From the IMG/VR virus record IMGVR_UViG_3300024999_000049, positions 56,194 to 120,193 of that record: a stretch of 64,000 bases of DNA. One strand, given 5' to 3'. Source of the DNA: a virus. Every line of letters starts with the position of its first letter. The stretch's first letter is position 1. This document shows, in pieces, positions 22,193-33,330 of this stretch. A program made the position numbers and the translations under genes. Under the pieces are notes generated by a model, which saw nothing but the letters and a program-made list of their open reading frames with translations, was not told the origin of the DNA and searched no databases.

Positions 22193-22455
22193 ATGAGGTT
22201 ATTTTGATTTAACTTGCTCAAATGTATTCCTATTCATTTTTTCGAGTTTAGAAGCAAATAGTATACGTTTTCTATTTAAATTAAAGGAATTTTTATAATA
22301 GGATGCGTATTAAAAAGGTTGAACTAAATAATTATAGTAATAGTGAGGTTTAATTAATTATGAAAATTGTATCTCAGAATAAAGTTCTTTTAAAGAATTT
22401 GTGGAAGTTGGAAAAGAGATTAGAAAAGAAGAAAGGTACAAAGTGAGGTGAAAAT

Positions 22456-23706
22456 TTGAACATAGCAATTATAGATACTGACTTAATTGGACGTAAAAGC
22501 CATAGATTTCCAAACTTGTGTAGTATGAAGATTAGCGGTTATCATAAAGAACAGGGATATAATGTTGAGTTGATTACAGATTATAAAGATTTATATTTGG
22601 ATAGTAATACTTGGAATGAATATCAAGATGCAATTTTAAAATATTCAAAAAATCAGAATAATAAAACAAGTGAGTTATTAAGAGAAAAGATGATACCTTG
22701 TTTTAAAAAAGAAAGTTTCAAATATGATAAAATCTTTATATCTAAAGTATTTACAGATACAGAAATTGATGAAGATTTTCTAAAACTTGATTTTGTAGAA
22801 TATGGTGGAACTGGCTTTACGTATGACAAGGCTCCTGATATCCCCTATGAAATTGAACACCATATACCAGACTATCACTTATATGATGATTGGGTAAATT
22901 TAATGATTGAATCTGGTCAGAATAAAAAGGATTTTGAGTATTATCTTGATTATTCAATTGGATACTTAACACGCCACTGTTTTAGAGGATGCTTCTTTTG
23001 TGTAAATAAGAATTACAAGAAAGTTGATTTTAATACTAGTGTAAAAGAGTTTTTGGATACATCAAGAAAATACATATGCTTACTGGATGATAATATTTTA
23101 GGATATTCTGATTGGAAGTCTGTGATTGATGAACTGATTAATACAAAGAAATATTTTGTATTCAAACAAGGTATGGATATAAGATTAATGACTGACGAAA
23201 AAGCTGCAATTCTTTCAAAATGTAAATACAGAGGTGACTATATATTTGCCTTTGATGATATTAAGGATAGAGATTCAATAGAAAAGAAACTTGAACTCTG
23301 GAGAAAATATTGTAAGAAAACTACTAAGTTATATGTGTTTTGTGGGTTTGAAGATAGTGTACAGGACATTATAAGTACTTTTGAAAGAATTAAGATTCTT
23401 ATGAAGTATGGGTGTCTCCCCTATATCATGAGACATGAAAATTATATTAAAAATAAGTTCTTTGGTACTTACATAAACCTTGCTAGATGGTGTAATCAAC
23501 CCAATTTCTTTAAGAAGAAAAGTTATAGAGAATATTGTCAGGCTAATCAGGATAGGACAAAGGTTAGGGAGTGTTCGGCAGTAAGATATTTGAAGGAATT
23601 GGAGGAATTATATCCAGAGATCGCAAAAGAGTATTATGATTTGAAGTATGAGAAACTAAATAAATATAGTAATACAAATAAAACTAGGAAGAAGAAAATA
23701 CAATGA
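22456..23706 (+). CDS. Radical SAM protein
   Basis: CxxxCxxC (CFRGCFFC), N-terminal FPNL..MKIS motif, LLDDN, QGMDIRL. Confidence 0.85.
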   Translation: MNIAIIDTDLIGRKSHRFPNLCSMKISGYHKEQGYNVELITDYKDLYLDSNTWNEYQDAILKYSKNQNNKTSELLREKMIPCFKKESFKYDKIFISKVFTDTEIDEDFLKLDFVEYGGTGFTYDKAPDIPYEIEHHIPDYHLYDDWVNLMIESGQNKKDFEYYLDYSIGYLTRHCFRGCFFCVNKNYKKVDFNTSVKEFLDTSRKYICLLDDNILGYSDWKSVIDELINTKKYFVFKQGMDIRLMTDEKAAILSKCKYRGDYIFAFDDIKDRDSIEKKLELWRKYCKKTTKLYVFCGFEDSVQDIISTFERIKILMKYGCLPYIMRHENYIKNKFFGTYINLARWCNQPNFFKKKSYREYCQANQDRTKVRECSAVRYLKELEELYPEIAKEYYDLKYEKLNKYSNTNKTRKKKIQ

Positions 23707-23754
23707 ATAAACAGTTTTAACGTCTTTTTAGGCGAGAGAGAGAGAGGTGAAAAG

Positions 23755-24282
23755 TTGAGCTATTATGCAGGAATAGGTTCTAGAGAAACACCTTCGGATG
23801 TACTAACTATATTTGAAAAAGTTGGAAAGTTTCTGGCACAGAAAGACTTTATATTACGTTCTGGTCATGCGGAAGGTGCAGATAAGGCATTTGAAAATGG
23901 TTGTGATAAGGTTAATGGATTGAAAGAAATATATTTGCCTTGGAAGGGTTTTGAGGGTTCAGAATCAGATTTAATAGTTTTTGATATAAGAGCTTTTGAA
24001 ATTGCTGAAAAGTATCATCCTTATTGGAATAACTTAAAACAAGGTGGGCAAAAACTTCAGGCTAGAAATAGTCATCAAGTTTTAGGAAGTGATTTAGAAA
24101 CTCCTTCATCTTTTGTTTTGTGTTGGACTAAGAATGGTAAAGGTTCTGGTGGAACAGGTCAAGCAATAAGGATTGCAAAAGCTTATGATATTCCCATATT
24201 TGATGCTGGAAAATATAAAAGTGAAGATATTGGAAATCAATTAAAGATATTTCTGATGGGTAGTAGTGTTTCAGTGCGATAG
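23755..24282 (+). CDS. SLOG/DprA-like Rossmann-fold protein
   Basis: YAGIGSRETP, LRSG.A.GAD.AFE, ARN, SGGTGQA. Confidence 0.8.
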   Translation: MSYYAGIGSRETPSDVLTIFEKVGKFLAQKDFILRSGHAEGADKAFENGCDKVNGLKEIYLPWKGFEGSESDLIVFDIRAFEIAEKYHPYWNNLKQGGQKLQARNSHQVLGSDLETPSSFVLCWTKNGKGSGGTGQAIRIAKAYDIPIFDAGKYKSEDIGNQLKIFLMGSSVSVR

Positions 24283-24371
24283 ACACAACGAAAAAGAACT
24301 TTTAACGGCTTTTGTTCAAAACAATAACAAATATAATAACTAATAAATTTTAAAAAGAAAGGATAGTCACA

Positions 24372-24608
24372 ATGCTAATTATAGTTAATTGCAAACCATA
24401 TAGGGTTATTTCTTGTACCGACAAATTTATAATTGCTAATAATGATAAATATACTGAAAGTTTTAATCCAGATGATATCACTTTAGTAGTTGCACAAAGT
24501 AAAGATGAAATAATACCAGAATGTTTGATTAATAAAGACATATTTGCGGTGACAGAAGGAGATTCGGATGATGGAGAAGAGTATGAATATACAAATAGAA
24601 AGAGTTAA
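24372..24608 (+). CDS. Hypothetical protein
   Basis: AAAGGA RBS. Confidence 0.6.
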   Translation: MLIIVNCKPYRVISCTDKFIIANNDKYTESFNPDDITLVVAQSKDEIIPECLINKDIFAVTEGDSDDGEEYEYTNRKS

Positions 24609-24873
24609 TACAGAAGTTGAAGAGGAAGTAAAAGAAAAGAACTGTTTAAATTGTGAGTTTATCAAATTAAATCAAAAAGGCACGATGTCTTGTCATCGTA
24701 GAGAAAATGAAGGTGTAGTTTTTGAAATAGTTGATGTATATACTGCACATCTCCCCTGCCCTGCTAGAGATGTGGAAGTATGGGATGAGTGGATGGATGA
24801 GAATGGTGAATTTGCAGGTAATAAAGAATTGAATTATGGGTATCAAGAATGGCTAGAAAATAAAGGAGTATAA
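24568..24873 (+). CDS. Hypothetical Cys-containing protein
   Basis: CLNC motif; overlaps upstream gene. Confidence 0.6.
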   Translation: MMEKSMNIQIERVNTEVEEEVKEKNCLNCEFIKLNQKGTMSCHRRENEGVVFEIVDVYTAHLPCPARDVEVWDEWMDENGEFAGNKELNYGYQEWLENKGV

Positions 24874-25049
24874 TGTTAATAAATTTCTGTGCTAATTTTA
24901 ATTGCAAGAATAAGTATTGGTGTAAGAGATATTGTACTGCTTCTGATCTGAATTATAAAGATATTCCGAATTTACAAAATGAGTGTAATGAGAGTAATAA
25001 ATATGCTTTATACAAGAATTGGAAGGGTTGAGAAAGGTGAAATATAAAT

Positions 25050-25469
25050 ATGCTGCTGTGTTTAAAATGTTTTAAAGTATATATGCAGAAAACTATTAAA
25101 AATAATCAATGTAAACTAAAAGAATGTAACGGTGAAGTAGTTGAAATTGATGAATTGTTTATACCTGTGATTGCTGAACTCAATAGAAAAAGTTATGAGA
25201 CTTTGTTTTGTTGTTCAGGTCATGTTGGAGAGTATAAGCCTAATAGTTACATATATTTTAAAGATGATGTAAAATTACCTAATTTACCTGAAGGATATTT
25301 ATATGATAAAGATATGTATCCTGATGTGGATTGGAAGAAATATCAGGTTAAAAATACCATAAGAAAAGAATTTAATAATAAAAAGAGTTTGGTTGAATTA
25401 AGTAAAGATATTTTTGAGAATGCGGTTAGTGTTTTGAAGTGGGCTGAAGGGTTAGAAAATTTAAGATGA
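25050..25469 (+). CDS. Hypothetical Zn-binding phage protein
   Basis: CLKC...EIDE..IPVIAELNRK.Y.T.FCCSGH. Confidence 0.75.
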   Translation: MLLCLKCFKVYMQKTIKNNQCKLKECNGEVVEIDELFIPVIAELNRKSYETLFCCSGHVGEYKPNSYIYFKDDVKLPNLPEGYLYDKDMYPDVDWKKYQVKNTIRKEFNNKKSLVELSKDIFENAVSVLKWAEGLENLR

Positions 25470-25543
25470 GATTAATGGGGGGTATTGGGTTATCCCCTAC
25501 TCACCTTATTATTTAATAAAATATTATTTATAGGAGAATAATT

Positions 25544-25849
25544 ATGACAAATAATGAAATTAAAAGAGATATACAAAAAAGAATTAATAAACTTGGAGCA
25601 GTTGGTGCTTATACAGATATGGTATTAGCAAATGCAAAAGTAATTAGATTACAAGTTCCAGATATGCTAAAAACATACGAAGGTAGATTTTACTTTTTTA
25701 ATATGTGTCATTCTTTTACTATAAAAGCAATTCAAAAGGTTGGACTATTTGATTTATTTAAAAAGGATGTATTTACAGAAGGCTTAGAGAATGTAATAAC
25801 TGATTTAATATATCAAGATACGTTAAAAAAGATCAACAGCATAATATAG
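25544..25849 (+). CDS. Hypothetical protein
   Basis: AGGAG RBS. Confidence 0.7.
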   Translation: MTNNEIKRDIQKRINKLGAVGAYTDMVLANAKVIRLQVPDMLKTYEGRFYFFNMCHSFTIKAIQKVGLFDLFKKDVFTEGLENVITDLIYQDTLKKINSII

Positions 25850-25857
25850 GAGGACAG

Positions 25858-28671
25858 TTGATGCACAACAGACAGTTTTATACATGCAAATTTAAATCTT
25901 CACGCTTAAAAGAGTTTCAATATAATATAAATATATCTTTTGATGAAGCTAGAGAATTAAAAGAAGTAATAGCTTTAGCTGATAGTCAGATATTAAGAAG
26001 TATAAGGGATATTAGAAAACGTACAGTAAATTATAACAATCTTGAAAGATTATATAAAGAAAGAAATATAAGAAGAAAAAGAAACAATCCTCTTAAATCT
26101 ACTGAGAATTCAGATAGAATTACAGAAATTCAGGATAGAATTATTCGTACTATGTTTATACCAGATTATGTTACTATAGTTGTGGAACATCCATCTCATT
26201 ATAAAAGAATATATGAAAATGGGATAATAATCAACAATAAGATTTATAGGCGTTTTAGTTGCTCTGCTGGTCAAGCTCGTGTTTCTACGGTAGTACTATG
26301 TAATGAAGATATTATTGATGAATTATGGGAAAGACTTAATAATGGGCGTGATATAACCAAGTCTATAGCCCCTAGTAAGTTCAATTCATACTTTGGATTG
26401 GCAGGGTCAGCCACTTATAAGGTTAGTGAACCTAAATTTATTATTGTTAAAGATTTTATTAATAATAATGAATTTGAAGCAAATTTTGTAACTGAAAAAG
26501 CATGGGATATAGATGATGAAATAGAAACTAAATTAGTTAAAATGGATATGAATAGAACTGATGGTATGGGGTTAATCAGTCCAAAACAGGCAAAAAAATG
26601 GGCGGACGAATTAGGATTAGATTGGATTCCTTCTCAATTTTGTATAAGACAAAATTTTCTGAAGGGTATGCTCTGTTGCTTTCCTATACATCTTTTCTGT
26701 GAAGAAGAAAACAATGGCAATTATATTATTAATACTATTTATAAAGATGAAGATGGAAATTATATTAAGGCTGATTTAAGAGAATATGATGTTATCATAA
26801 CTGAATCACAATTTAAGTTATGGAACAGTTTCCCAAATATTAATACATATATTGACAATTGTCATAAAAATAAGTTGTTTTGGGGAGTATCACAATATAC
26901 CCCCAAAGAAGCAAAAGATATATTAAAACTCAACTATCAATTTATACAAACCTTGAATTTGAACCAACAAAATATAGTAAGTTTGTGTAAACAGTTTGTA
27001 GATTGGTTATGTGGAGTATCATATGACAATGTATATTATATGCTATTATTTTTACTTGGAGTTAATAACAATGAATATAGTATTAAAGAGTATTTGAAAA
27101 GTAGTAATAACTATTGGATAAAGAGTTTAATTGCTAATCCAGAATTAAAGAATGATAAATATATTCGAACAAAAATTCGTGAACTTTTAAAAATTAAGAT
27201 TCAGAACGGTTGCATGGGCGATATTTTTGCAGATGGAAATTTTCAAGTTTTAGTGTATGACCCCTATGGATTTATGCAACATGTTTGTGGTAAGGAAGTT
27301 ACAGGATTACTTCAAAAGGATGAGTTTTATTCAAATTATTGGAATGAACACAATGTAAAGCAAATTGATGGTATGAGATCACCATTAACATATCGTAGTG
27401 AACATGTAATACTGAATTTGAGAAAAGATGAGTTAACTGAAAAATGGTATGAATACTGTAAATTAGGTATTATTCTGAATTATCATGGACATGAAGTGGT
27501 AAATTTTGGAGGAGCAGATGTGGATTTTGATATATTAGCTACAAGTTCAAATCTAGAGATTATCAAAGGGGTTTACGTTGATGAATTACCAGTAACATAT
27601 ACACCTCCAAAACCAAAAGGAATAGTTTTTACTGAAGATGATTTGTATAAAGCTGATACATTTTCATTTGGTTCTATAATTGGTTCTATTACAAATAAGA
27701 GTAGTAATGGTTATGCGTTACTTCCAAATATTGAGAAAAAATATGGAAAAGATAGTGAAGAATATAAAATAACACTATCAAGATTAAAACAATGCTGTAA
27801 GGCACAATCAGCACAAATTGATAAAGCAAAAATAGGCAAAGAAGTGAAAGGTATTCCGAAGTTATGGATATATAAACAAAAAATTAATGTAAATGATAAT
27901 GGTAAGGTTTTAGATACAGATGAAGTAGTTAAAGAAAAGAATAAATATAATAGTATATTACTTAATAAATATCCATATTTTTTTAAATATTTATATAAAG
28001 ATGCAAAAAGAAAATATAAAAAATACTGCGAAGAAAATGAAATGACTTGTCATCAAAAATTTAAAATGTCTTTTAAAAAACTTAAAGATTTAGAAAGACA
28101 TTCACCTGAACAAACACAGTTTATTGAAAATTTTAATATCTACTCCCCTTTAACTCATAGTGATAATCCTATGAATTTGCTGTGTAAACATATAGAAGGT
28201 ATTAACTTTGAGATAAAGGAAAAAATAAATAATGATGTAGATTTTGATGTAATATTATATAAAAATAATAGTCATGATTATACTAGAGAACAATATGATG
28301 AAATTATTAAAGTATTAAAATCTCATATTGCCAGTATAAGACTTGATAGATTGCTACCAGATAACACAGATGATACACATTTTGATGATGAAAGTGTCAG
28401 AGAATATAATGTTGATAATGATACTTTAGAGAAAAATATTAATAAAGTTTGTAGTGATGTATATATGGTAACAAATGTCCTTGTAGATTATTTTTATATT
28501 ATTAAGCCAAGTGCAAATAAAGATATTTTATGGAGTATATATGGGAAGTATATTTTTGATAATGTTCGAAAGAATACTTTATATGTCACAAAATTTCCAT
28601 TTCCAAATAAAAAAGGTGATATTGTATATTTGAATAAACAATATTCACTGAAGGAGATTATAATAGAATGA
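25858..28671 (+). CDS. yonO: YonO-type single-subunit two-barrel RNA polymerase
   Basis: RTDGMGLIS, QFCIR..LKG, MRSP, GADVDFD metal-binding loop, IGSITN, QIDKAK; upstream of the packaging operon as in SPbeta. Confidence 0.85.
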   Translation: MMHNRQFYTCKFKSSRLKEFQYNINISFDEARELKEVIALADSQILRSIRDIRKRTVNYNNLERLYKERNIRRKRNNPLKSTENSDRITEIQDRIIRTMFIPDYVTIVVEHPSHYKRIYENGIIINNKIYRRFSCSAGQARVSTVVLCNEDIIDELWERLNNGRDITKSIAPSKFNSYFGLAGSATYKVSEPKFIIVKDFINNNEFEANFVTEKAWDIDDEIETKLVKMDMNRTDGMGLISPKQAKKWADELGLDWIPSQFCIRQNFLKGMLCCFPIHLFCEEENNGNYIINTIYKDEDGNYIKADLREYDVIITESQFKLWNSFPNINTYIDNCHKNKLFWGVSQYTPKEAKDILKLNYQFIQTLNLNQQNIVSLCKQFVDWLCGVSYDNVYYMLLFLLGVNNNEYSIKEYLKSSNNYWIKSLIANPELKNDKYIRTKIRELLKIKIQNGCMGDIFADGNFQVLVYDPYGFMQHVCGKEVTGLLQKDEFYSNYWNEHNVKQIDGMRSPLTYRSEHVILNLRKDELTEKWYEYCKLGIILNYHGHEVVNFGGADVDFDILATSSNLEIIKGVYVDELPVTYTPPKPKGIVFTEDDLYKADTFSFGSIIGSITNKSSNGYALLPNIEKKYGKDSEEYKITLSRLKQCCKAQSAQIDKAKIGKEVKGIPKLWIYKQKINVNDNGKVLDTDEVVKEKNKYNSILLNKYPYFFKYLYKDAKRKYKKYCEENEMTCHQKFKMSFKKLKDLERHSPEQTQFIENFNIYSPLTHSDNPMNLLCKHIEGINFEIKEKINNDVDFDVILYKNNSHDYTREQYDEIIKVLKSHIASIRLDRLLPDNTDDTHFDDESVREYNVDNDTLEKNINKVCSDVYMVTNVLVDYFYIIKPSANKDILWSIYGKYIFDNVRKNTLYVTKFPFPNKKGDIVYLNKQYSLKEIIIE

Positions 28672-29504
28672 CAAATTATAAATATAATGAATTGTCTTAT
28701 GCAGAACTTATATATAGTAAAGGATTTCAAACAAAACATATTCCTACAGAATTAAGATTATTAGTATTGTATTATAGGGATGTGTTAAAATTAAAACCGA
28801 AGGAAAGAGAGGAAAGACTAAATGAGTTTTGTAAAAATAATGTATCTAATTTTAAGAAAGAAAAGTTATTTAAGACAATAAATACAGCATTAAATTCTGC
28901 ACTAAAGAAAGATCAAAAACTTATTACAATTGAAAAAATTGATATATCTAAAACTGAAATAGATTATATAAATTTGTTGGATATTCAATATGAATATAAA
29001 AAGGTAATGTTTGCGTTCTTAGTTCAAATGAAACTCAATAAAATTGTGTATGAATATAAATATGAAAAAGAATATAGTAGTATTTATTTCAAAGGTGGAA
29101 TAAAAAAGTATAATAATATAAAGAAAATGGCTAATATTCCTACAAAAATGCTTATTAATGATGAAGTGATAAATAAGTTAGAAGAATTAAAATTAATAAC
29201 TATATTACATAAAGGTGCTATTCTTCTTGATTATATTAATAATTGTGTTCAAGGTAAAGAAATTGTTATTACAATAACTGATTTTGAGAATATTGGATTG
29301 TATTTAGATTATTATAATGAAGTTAAAGGTGTAAAGGAATGTGAGAACAATTGTGGATGCATTATTAAAATAAAAAGTAACAAACAGAAGTATTGTGATA
29401 ATTGTGCTAAAGAAATGCAATTACAATGGCAAAGAGACTCTATGAAAAAAAATAGAAGTAAAATATGTGAAGTTTTAGAAAACCCTGAAAATATGCATGA
29501 ATAA
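28668..29504 (+). CDS. Hypothetical protein with C-terminal Zn finger, translationally coupled to the RNAP
   Basis: 4-bp ATGA overlap; CENNCG...YCDNC. Confidence 0.75.
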   Translation: MTNYKYNELSYAELIYSKGFQTKHIPTELRLLVLYYRDVLKLKPKEREERLNEFCKNNVSNFKKEKLFKTINTALNSALKKDQKLITIEKIDISKTEIDYINLLDIQYEYKKVMFAFLVQMKLNKIVYEYKYEKEYSSIYFKGGIKKYNNIKKMANIPTKMLINDEVINKLEELKLITILHKGAILLDYINNCVQGKEIVITITDFENIGLYLDYYNEVKGVKECENNCGCIIKIKSNKQKYCDNCAKEMQLQWQRDSMKKNRSKICEVLENPENMHE

Positions 29505-29639
29505 AGGGTTTTAAGAATAATTTGTTTTTTCTAACTTATGATAAGTAAAGGAGTATAATAATTAATTTTATTACCTCCTTTCTTCCATACCCAAAAATAA
29601 GTTATAAAATTTAAAATGTAAAGGAAGTGTAAACCACAC

Positions 29640-29867
29640 TTGAAACAAATTACCCAAAATGTTTTTAAGGAATTAATGGTTCTTGGATTACTTAAATCAG
29701 ATGAAAATTTTAAAAACTATGTTGTAGTTAATAAGCATAAAAAGAGCAAACAGAAAACTTATTATGTAGAGCACAGGGATTTAACTGAAAAAGAATATGC
29801 AGATTTGAAAAAGTATGGTAGGAAAAGCGGTAATATTCTTGATGAATATTATGAGACTATTGGATGA
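29640..29867 (+). CDS. Hypothetical protein
   Basis: AAGGAAG RBS, TTG start. Confidence 0.6.
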   Translation: MKQITQNVFKELMVLGLLKSDENFKNYVVVNKHKKSKQKTYYVEHRDLTEKEYADLKKYGRKSGNILDEYYETIG

Positions 29868-29919
29868 TTTTAAAAATAAACCATAGAAAGGTTTGATTAG
29901 ATGAAACTAAGTGTAGTCT

Positions 29920-31353
29920 ATGGGTAAGAAGAAAATAAATCAAGTAAAGGTTAAATTTTTAGGAGGAAATTCTTTCGATGTAACCGGAAGTATGACATTA
30001 ATAGAAACTAATAATAAAAAAATTCTTTTTGAAGCAGGTTTATTTCAAAGTAATTCTCTTAAAGAAGATTATAAATTCAATAATAGAAAGTTAGAATTTA
30101 AACCAAGAGAAATTGATTATATATTTATTTCACACTTTCATATTGATCACATGGGTATACTCCCTAGATTATATAAAGATGGTTGTAAAGCTAAGATAAT
30201 ATGTGTAAAAGATAGTTCAAAATTCATATTACCTATGCTCAAAGATTCTGCTTATATAATGACAAGAGATTGTGAAATGTTGAATAAGAAATCAGACATT
30301 GAAATTAAACCGATATATTATGATGAAGATGTAGATACCACTATGACTTATATAGAAGAATATAATTATGGTGAGTTAATACAGTTGGACGAAGAAATTT
30401 CATTTAAATTTCTATCTGCTTATCATATTATAAAGTCAGTTCAAATTGAATTATATATAAAGCAAGGTAATCACACTAGTAAAATTTTATATACTGGTGA
30501 TTTAGGTAATATAGTAATTAAAGATAAATATTATGTTGAAGATTTTGAATATTGTAAGAATGCTAATTTAGTAATTGGAGAGTGTACATATTCGAATCAA
30601 GAAAACAATATTTCAGAAAAAGATAGATTAAAAGATATTGAAAAAATAAGAAGTGTAATCCTTGAAACATGCTATGAAAAGCGTGGACAAGTGCTTATAC
30701 CTTCGTTTTCATTGGATAGAACACAGAATATATTGACTATTTTGTATGAGATATTTAATAAAGACAAGTCATTTCAGATACCCATAATAGTTGATAGTCC
30801 TCTTACTTGTGCTATAACTGAAATTTATGGTCAAGTATTAGAAGGTGAAGACTTAGAATTATTCACAAAAGTATGTGAATGGAAAAATGTTAGATTTATA
30901 AAAGATTCAAGTGACAGTAAGGCTTGTATAGCTGATGATAAACCAAAGGTGATAATTTCATCTTCAGGTATGATGTCACAAGGAAGAAGTAAGTCTTGGA
31001 GTAAGATTATATTACCTAATCCATGTTCTAGTATTTTGTTTATAGGATATTCTGCTATGAGTACATTAGCAAGCAAAATTAAGAATGGAAATAAACAGAA
31101 AACTATCACTATTGATGGTAAACCATATAAGAATAAATGTTCTATAATTGATCTTCATTCGTTTTCTGGTCACATGCAAAGAGAAGATTTGTTGAAATAT
31201 TATTCCAGTATTCAATGTGAACAGATTGCATTAGTCCATTCAGAATTTAAGAGTAAGGTCGAGTTCGGCAAAGAACTTCAAAATGTATTGAGTGAGAAAA
31301 ATAAAACAGGTCGAGTAATTATAGTTAATAAAGATACAGTTTTAAATATATAA
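29920..31353 (+). CDS. MBL-fold/beta-CASP metallo-hydrolase (ribonuclease)
   Basis: VTGS, SHFHIDHMG, YTGDLG, ECTY, PSFSLDR, DSP, SSSGM, FSGH, LVH. Confidence 0.9.
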   Translation: MGKKKINQVKVKFLGGNSFDVTGSMTLIETNNKKILFEAGLFQSNSLKEDYKFNNRKLEFKPREIDYIFISHFHIDHMGILPRLYKDGCKAKIICVKDSSKFILPMLKDSAYIMTRDCEMLNKKSDIEIKPIYYDEDVDTTMTYIEEYNYGELIQLDEEISFKFLSAYHIIKSVQIELYIKQGNHTSKILYTGDLGNIVIKDKYYVEDFEYCKNANLVIGECTYSNQENNISEKDRLKDIEKIRSVILETCYEKRGQVLIPSFSLDRTQNILTILYEIFNKDKSFQIPIIVDSPLTCAITEIYGQVLEGEDLELFTKVCEWKNVRFIKDSSDSKACIADDKPKVIISSSGMMSQGRSKSWSKIILPNPCSSILFIGYSAMSTLASKIKNGNKQKTITIDGKPYKNKCSIIDLHSFSGHMQREDLLKYYSSIQCEQIALVHSEFKSKVEFGKELQNVLSEKNKTGRVIIVNKDTVLNI

Positions 31354-31436
31354 CCCCCCCTACTCTACTTTATTCAAGGTCGATGAGAGTCTTGGTAATT
31401 AGGTAAAAAAATTAATGAAATTGAGAGGTAATAATT

Positions 31437-32639
31437 TTGAGTGAAATATCTCGTAAAGAAAATGAAGAAATTAAAAAATATAAACTTCGTTTATTTAGAA
31501 ACAAAGATACGTACAATCTCAAGACAAAAGAAATTGGTGACTTAATAAATAAAGAGACTGAAAATAATTTTAATGAAAGTACTTATAGAAAATGGTTTGC
31601 TGCATATGAAGAAGGATATACAGATGCACAAAAAGAAGGATTTTCCGATGATAAAGTTTTAAAAGAATTAACCTTGAAACAACAAGAACTACAGAAAGAA
31701 AAAATAAAAGTTCAGACTGAAAAACTTGGATTGAATCAAGCATTAAGAGAAGAAGCTAGATTTGAGTTAACAGTTGAAAGACTTATAGATGCAATAAAAA
31801 GTATTGAGAAACCACAAGTACCTACATATATACAAAAAACAAACAATCCTGATAAATCAGGCGCATTATTTTTTGGTGATTGTCATTATGATAAAGAACT
31901 TGAGATTAAGGGTTTACGTGGTGAAATACTTAATAAGTATAATACCGATATTTTTGAAAAAAGAATGTGGAATCTTTTAAATAAGACAAAACTTATTTGT
32001 GAAAAAGAAGGTTTTACAGAAATATATTCTTTCTTACTTGGAGATGAACTGGAAGGAATGCTTCGCATCTCACAGTTAATGACCTTAAAATATGGTATTA
32101 CTGAATCAGCTATAAGATTTGCTAGATTCATTTCGACATGGTATAACGAGTTGAGTAAATATGTTAGACTTAAAGTATTTTCTACTTATGGTAATCATAC
32201 AGATTTACGTGTTTTAACAGGTAAAAAAGGTGATTTTCCACACGAAAATATTAGTAAAATTATCAATGAATTGGTTAAAGAAATATTAAGAGATAATCCT
32301 AATATTGAAATTATTGATAATGAAACAGATAAAATTTATACTAATATTCAAGGATATAATATTTTAGGTATTCATGGTGAAGAAAAAAATATTCAGCAAT
32401 CCATTAAAGATTATTCCTATATGTATAACGAACAAATCGACTACATCGTTTCAGGACATAAACATCATGCAAATAGTGAATCTCTTGGTATAAGAAAAGG
32501 TTGCATTGGTGTTGGAAGTATTATAGGAATTGATGATTTTAGTATGGACTTAAAAAGAATGTCTGACCCTAGTGCCACTTTTGTTGTGTTTGAAGAAGGT
32601 TATGGTAAGACATTGGAATATAATATAATTTTAAACTAA
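31437..32639 (+). CDS. Calcineurin-like metallophosphoesterase (YonJ-like)
   Basis: GDCH, LGD, GNH, HG, GHKH motifs after an N-terminal coiled coil. Confidence 0.8.
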   Translation: MSEISRKENEEIKKYKLRLFRNKDTYNLKTKEIGDLINKETENNFNESTYRKWFAAYEEGYTDAQKEGFSDDKVLKELTLKQQELQKEKIKVQTEKLGLNQALREEARFELTVERLIDAIKSIEKPQVPTYIQKTNNPDKSGALFFGDCHYDKELEIKGLRGEILNKYNTDIFEKRMWNLLNKTKLICEKEGFTEIYSFLLGDELEGMLRISQLMTLKYGITESAIRFARFISTWYNELSKYVRLKVFSTYGNHTDLRVLTGKKGDFPHENISKIINELVKEILRDNPNIEIIDNETDKIYTNIQGYNILGIHGEEKNIQQSIKDYSYMYNEQIDYIVSGHKHHANSESLGIRKGCIGVGSIIGIDDFSMDLKRMSDPSATFVVFEEGYGKTLEYNIILN

Positions 32640-32672
32640 ATAAAAATAATAAAATCATAAAGGATTAAATGA

Positions 32673-33284
32673 GTGACTATTATGGCTGAAATAAAAGAAA
32701 CTATAAATTACTATATGGCTGATAAATTTCAGATGGAAGATTTGGCACAACGTAAACTTTATATTAATGGCGAAATTGATGAGACTATCATAGATGATTA
32801 TATTTATTTTATCTTAAAATGGAACAAAGAAGATAAAGAAAAATCAGTTTCAGAAAGACAGCCTATTTTATTGTATTGTTCAAGTTGTGGTGGTAGTGTA
32901 GATGATGGTTTTGCTCTTATAGATGTAATTTTACAAAGTAAAACTCCTGTATATACAATAAATTTATCATATTGGTACAGTATGGGTTTTATGATAGGGA
33001 TTGCAGGACATAAACGCTTTGCCACTGAAAATGCTAAGTTTCTCATGCATGATGGACAAAATTTTGTATGGAATTCTTCTTCTAAGGTTAAAGATCAAAT
33101 GAAATTTCAAGAACAAGTTGAACAAAGAATTAAAGATTATATTCTTTCAAGAAGCAAATTATCTTCAAAAGAATATGATGATAAACTTAGAGTAGAATGG
33201 TATCTTTTTGGAGATCAGGCAAAAGAAAAAGGATTCTGTGACTATGTTGTTGGAAAAGATTGTGATTTAGACGAAATTATTTAA
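32673..33284 (+). CDS. clpP: ClpP-family protease
   Basis: RKLYINGEI, GGSV, catalytic Ser in YSMG, His in FLMH. Confidence 0.85.
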   Translation: MTIMAEIKETINYYMADKFQMEDLAQRKLYINGEIDETIIDDYIYFILKWNKEDKEKSVSERQPILLYCSSCGGSVDDGFALIDVILQSKTPVYTINLSYWYSMGFMIGIAGHKRFATENAKFLMHDGQNFVWNSSSKVKDQMKFQEQVEQRIKDYILSRSKLSSKEYDDKLRVEWYLFGDQAKEKGFCDYVVGKDCDLDEII

Positions 33285-33330
33285 ATTAAATTAAACAAAT
33301 AAATATAATATTCGAAAGGAAATTAATAAT

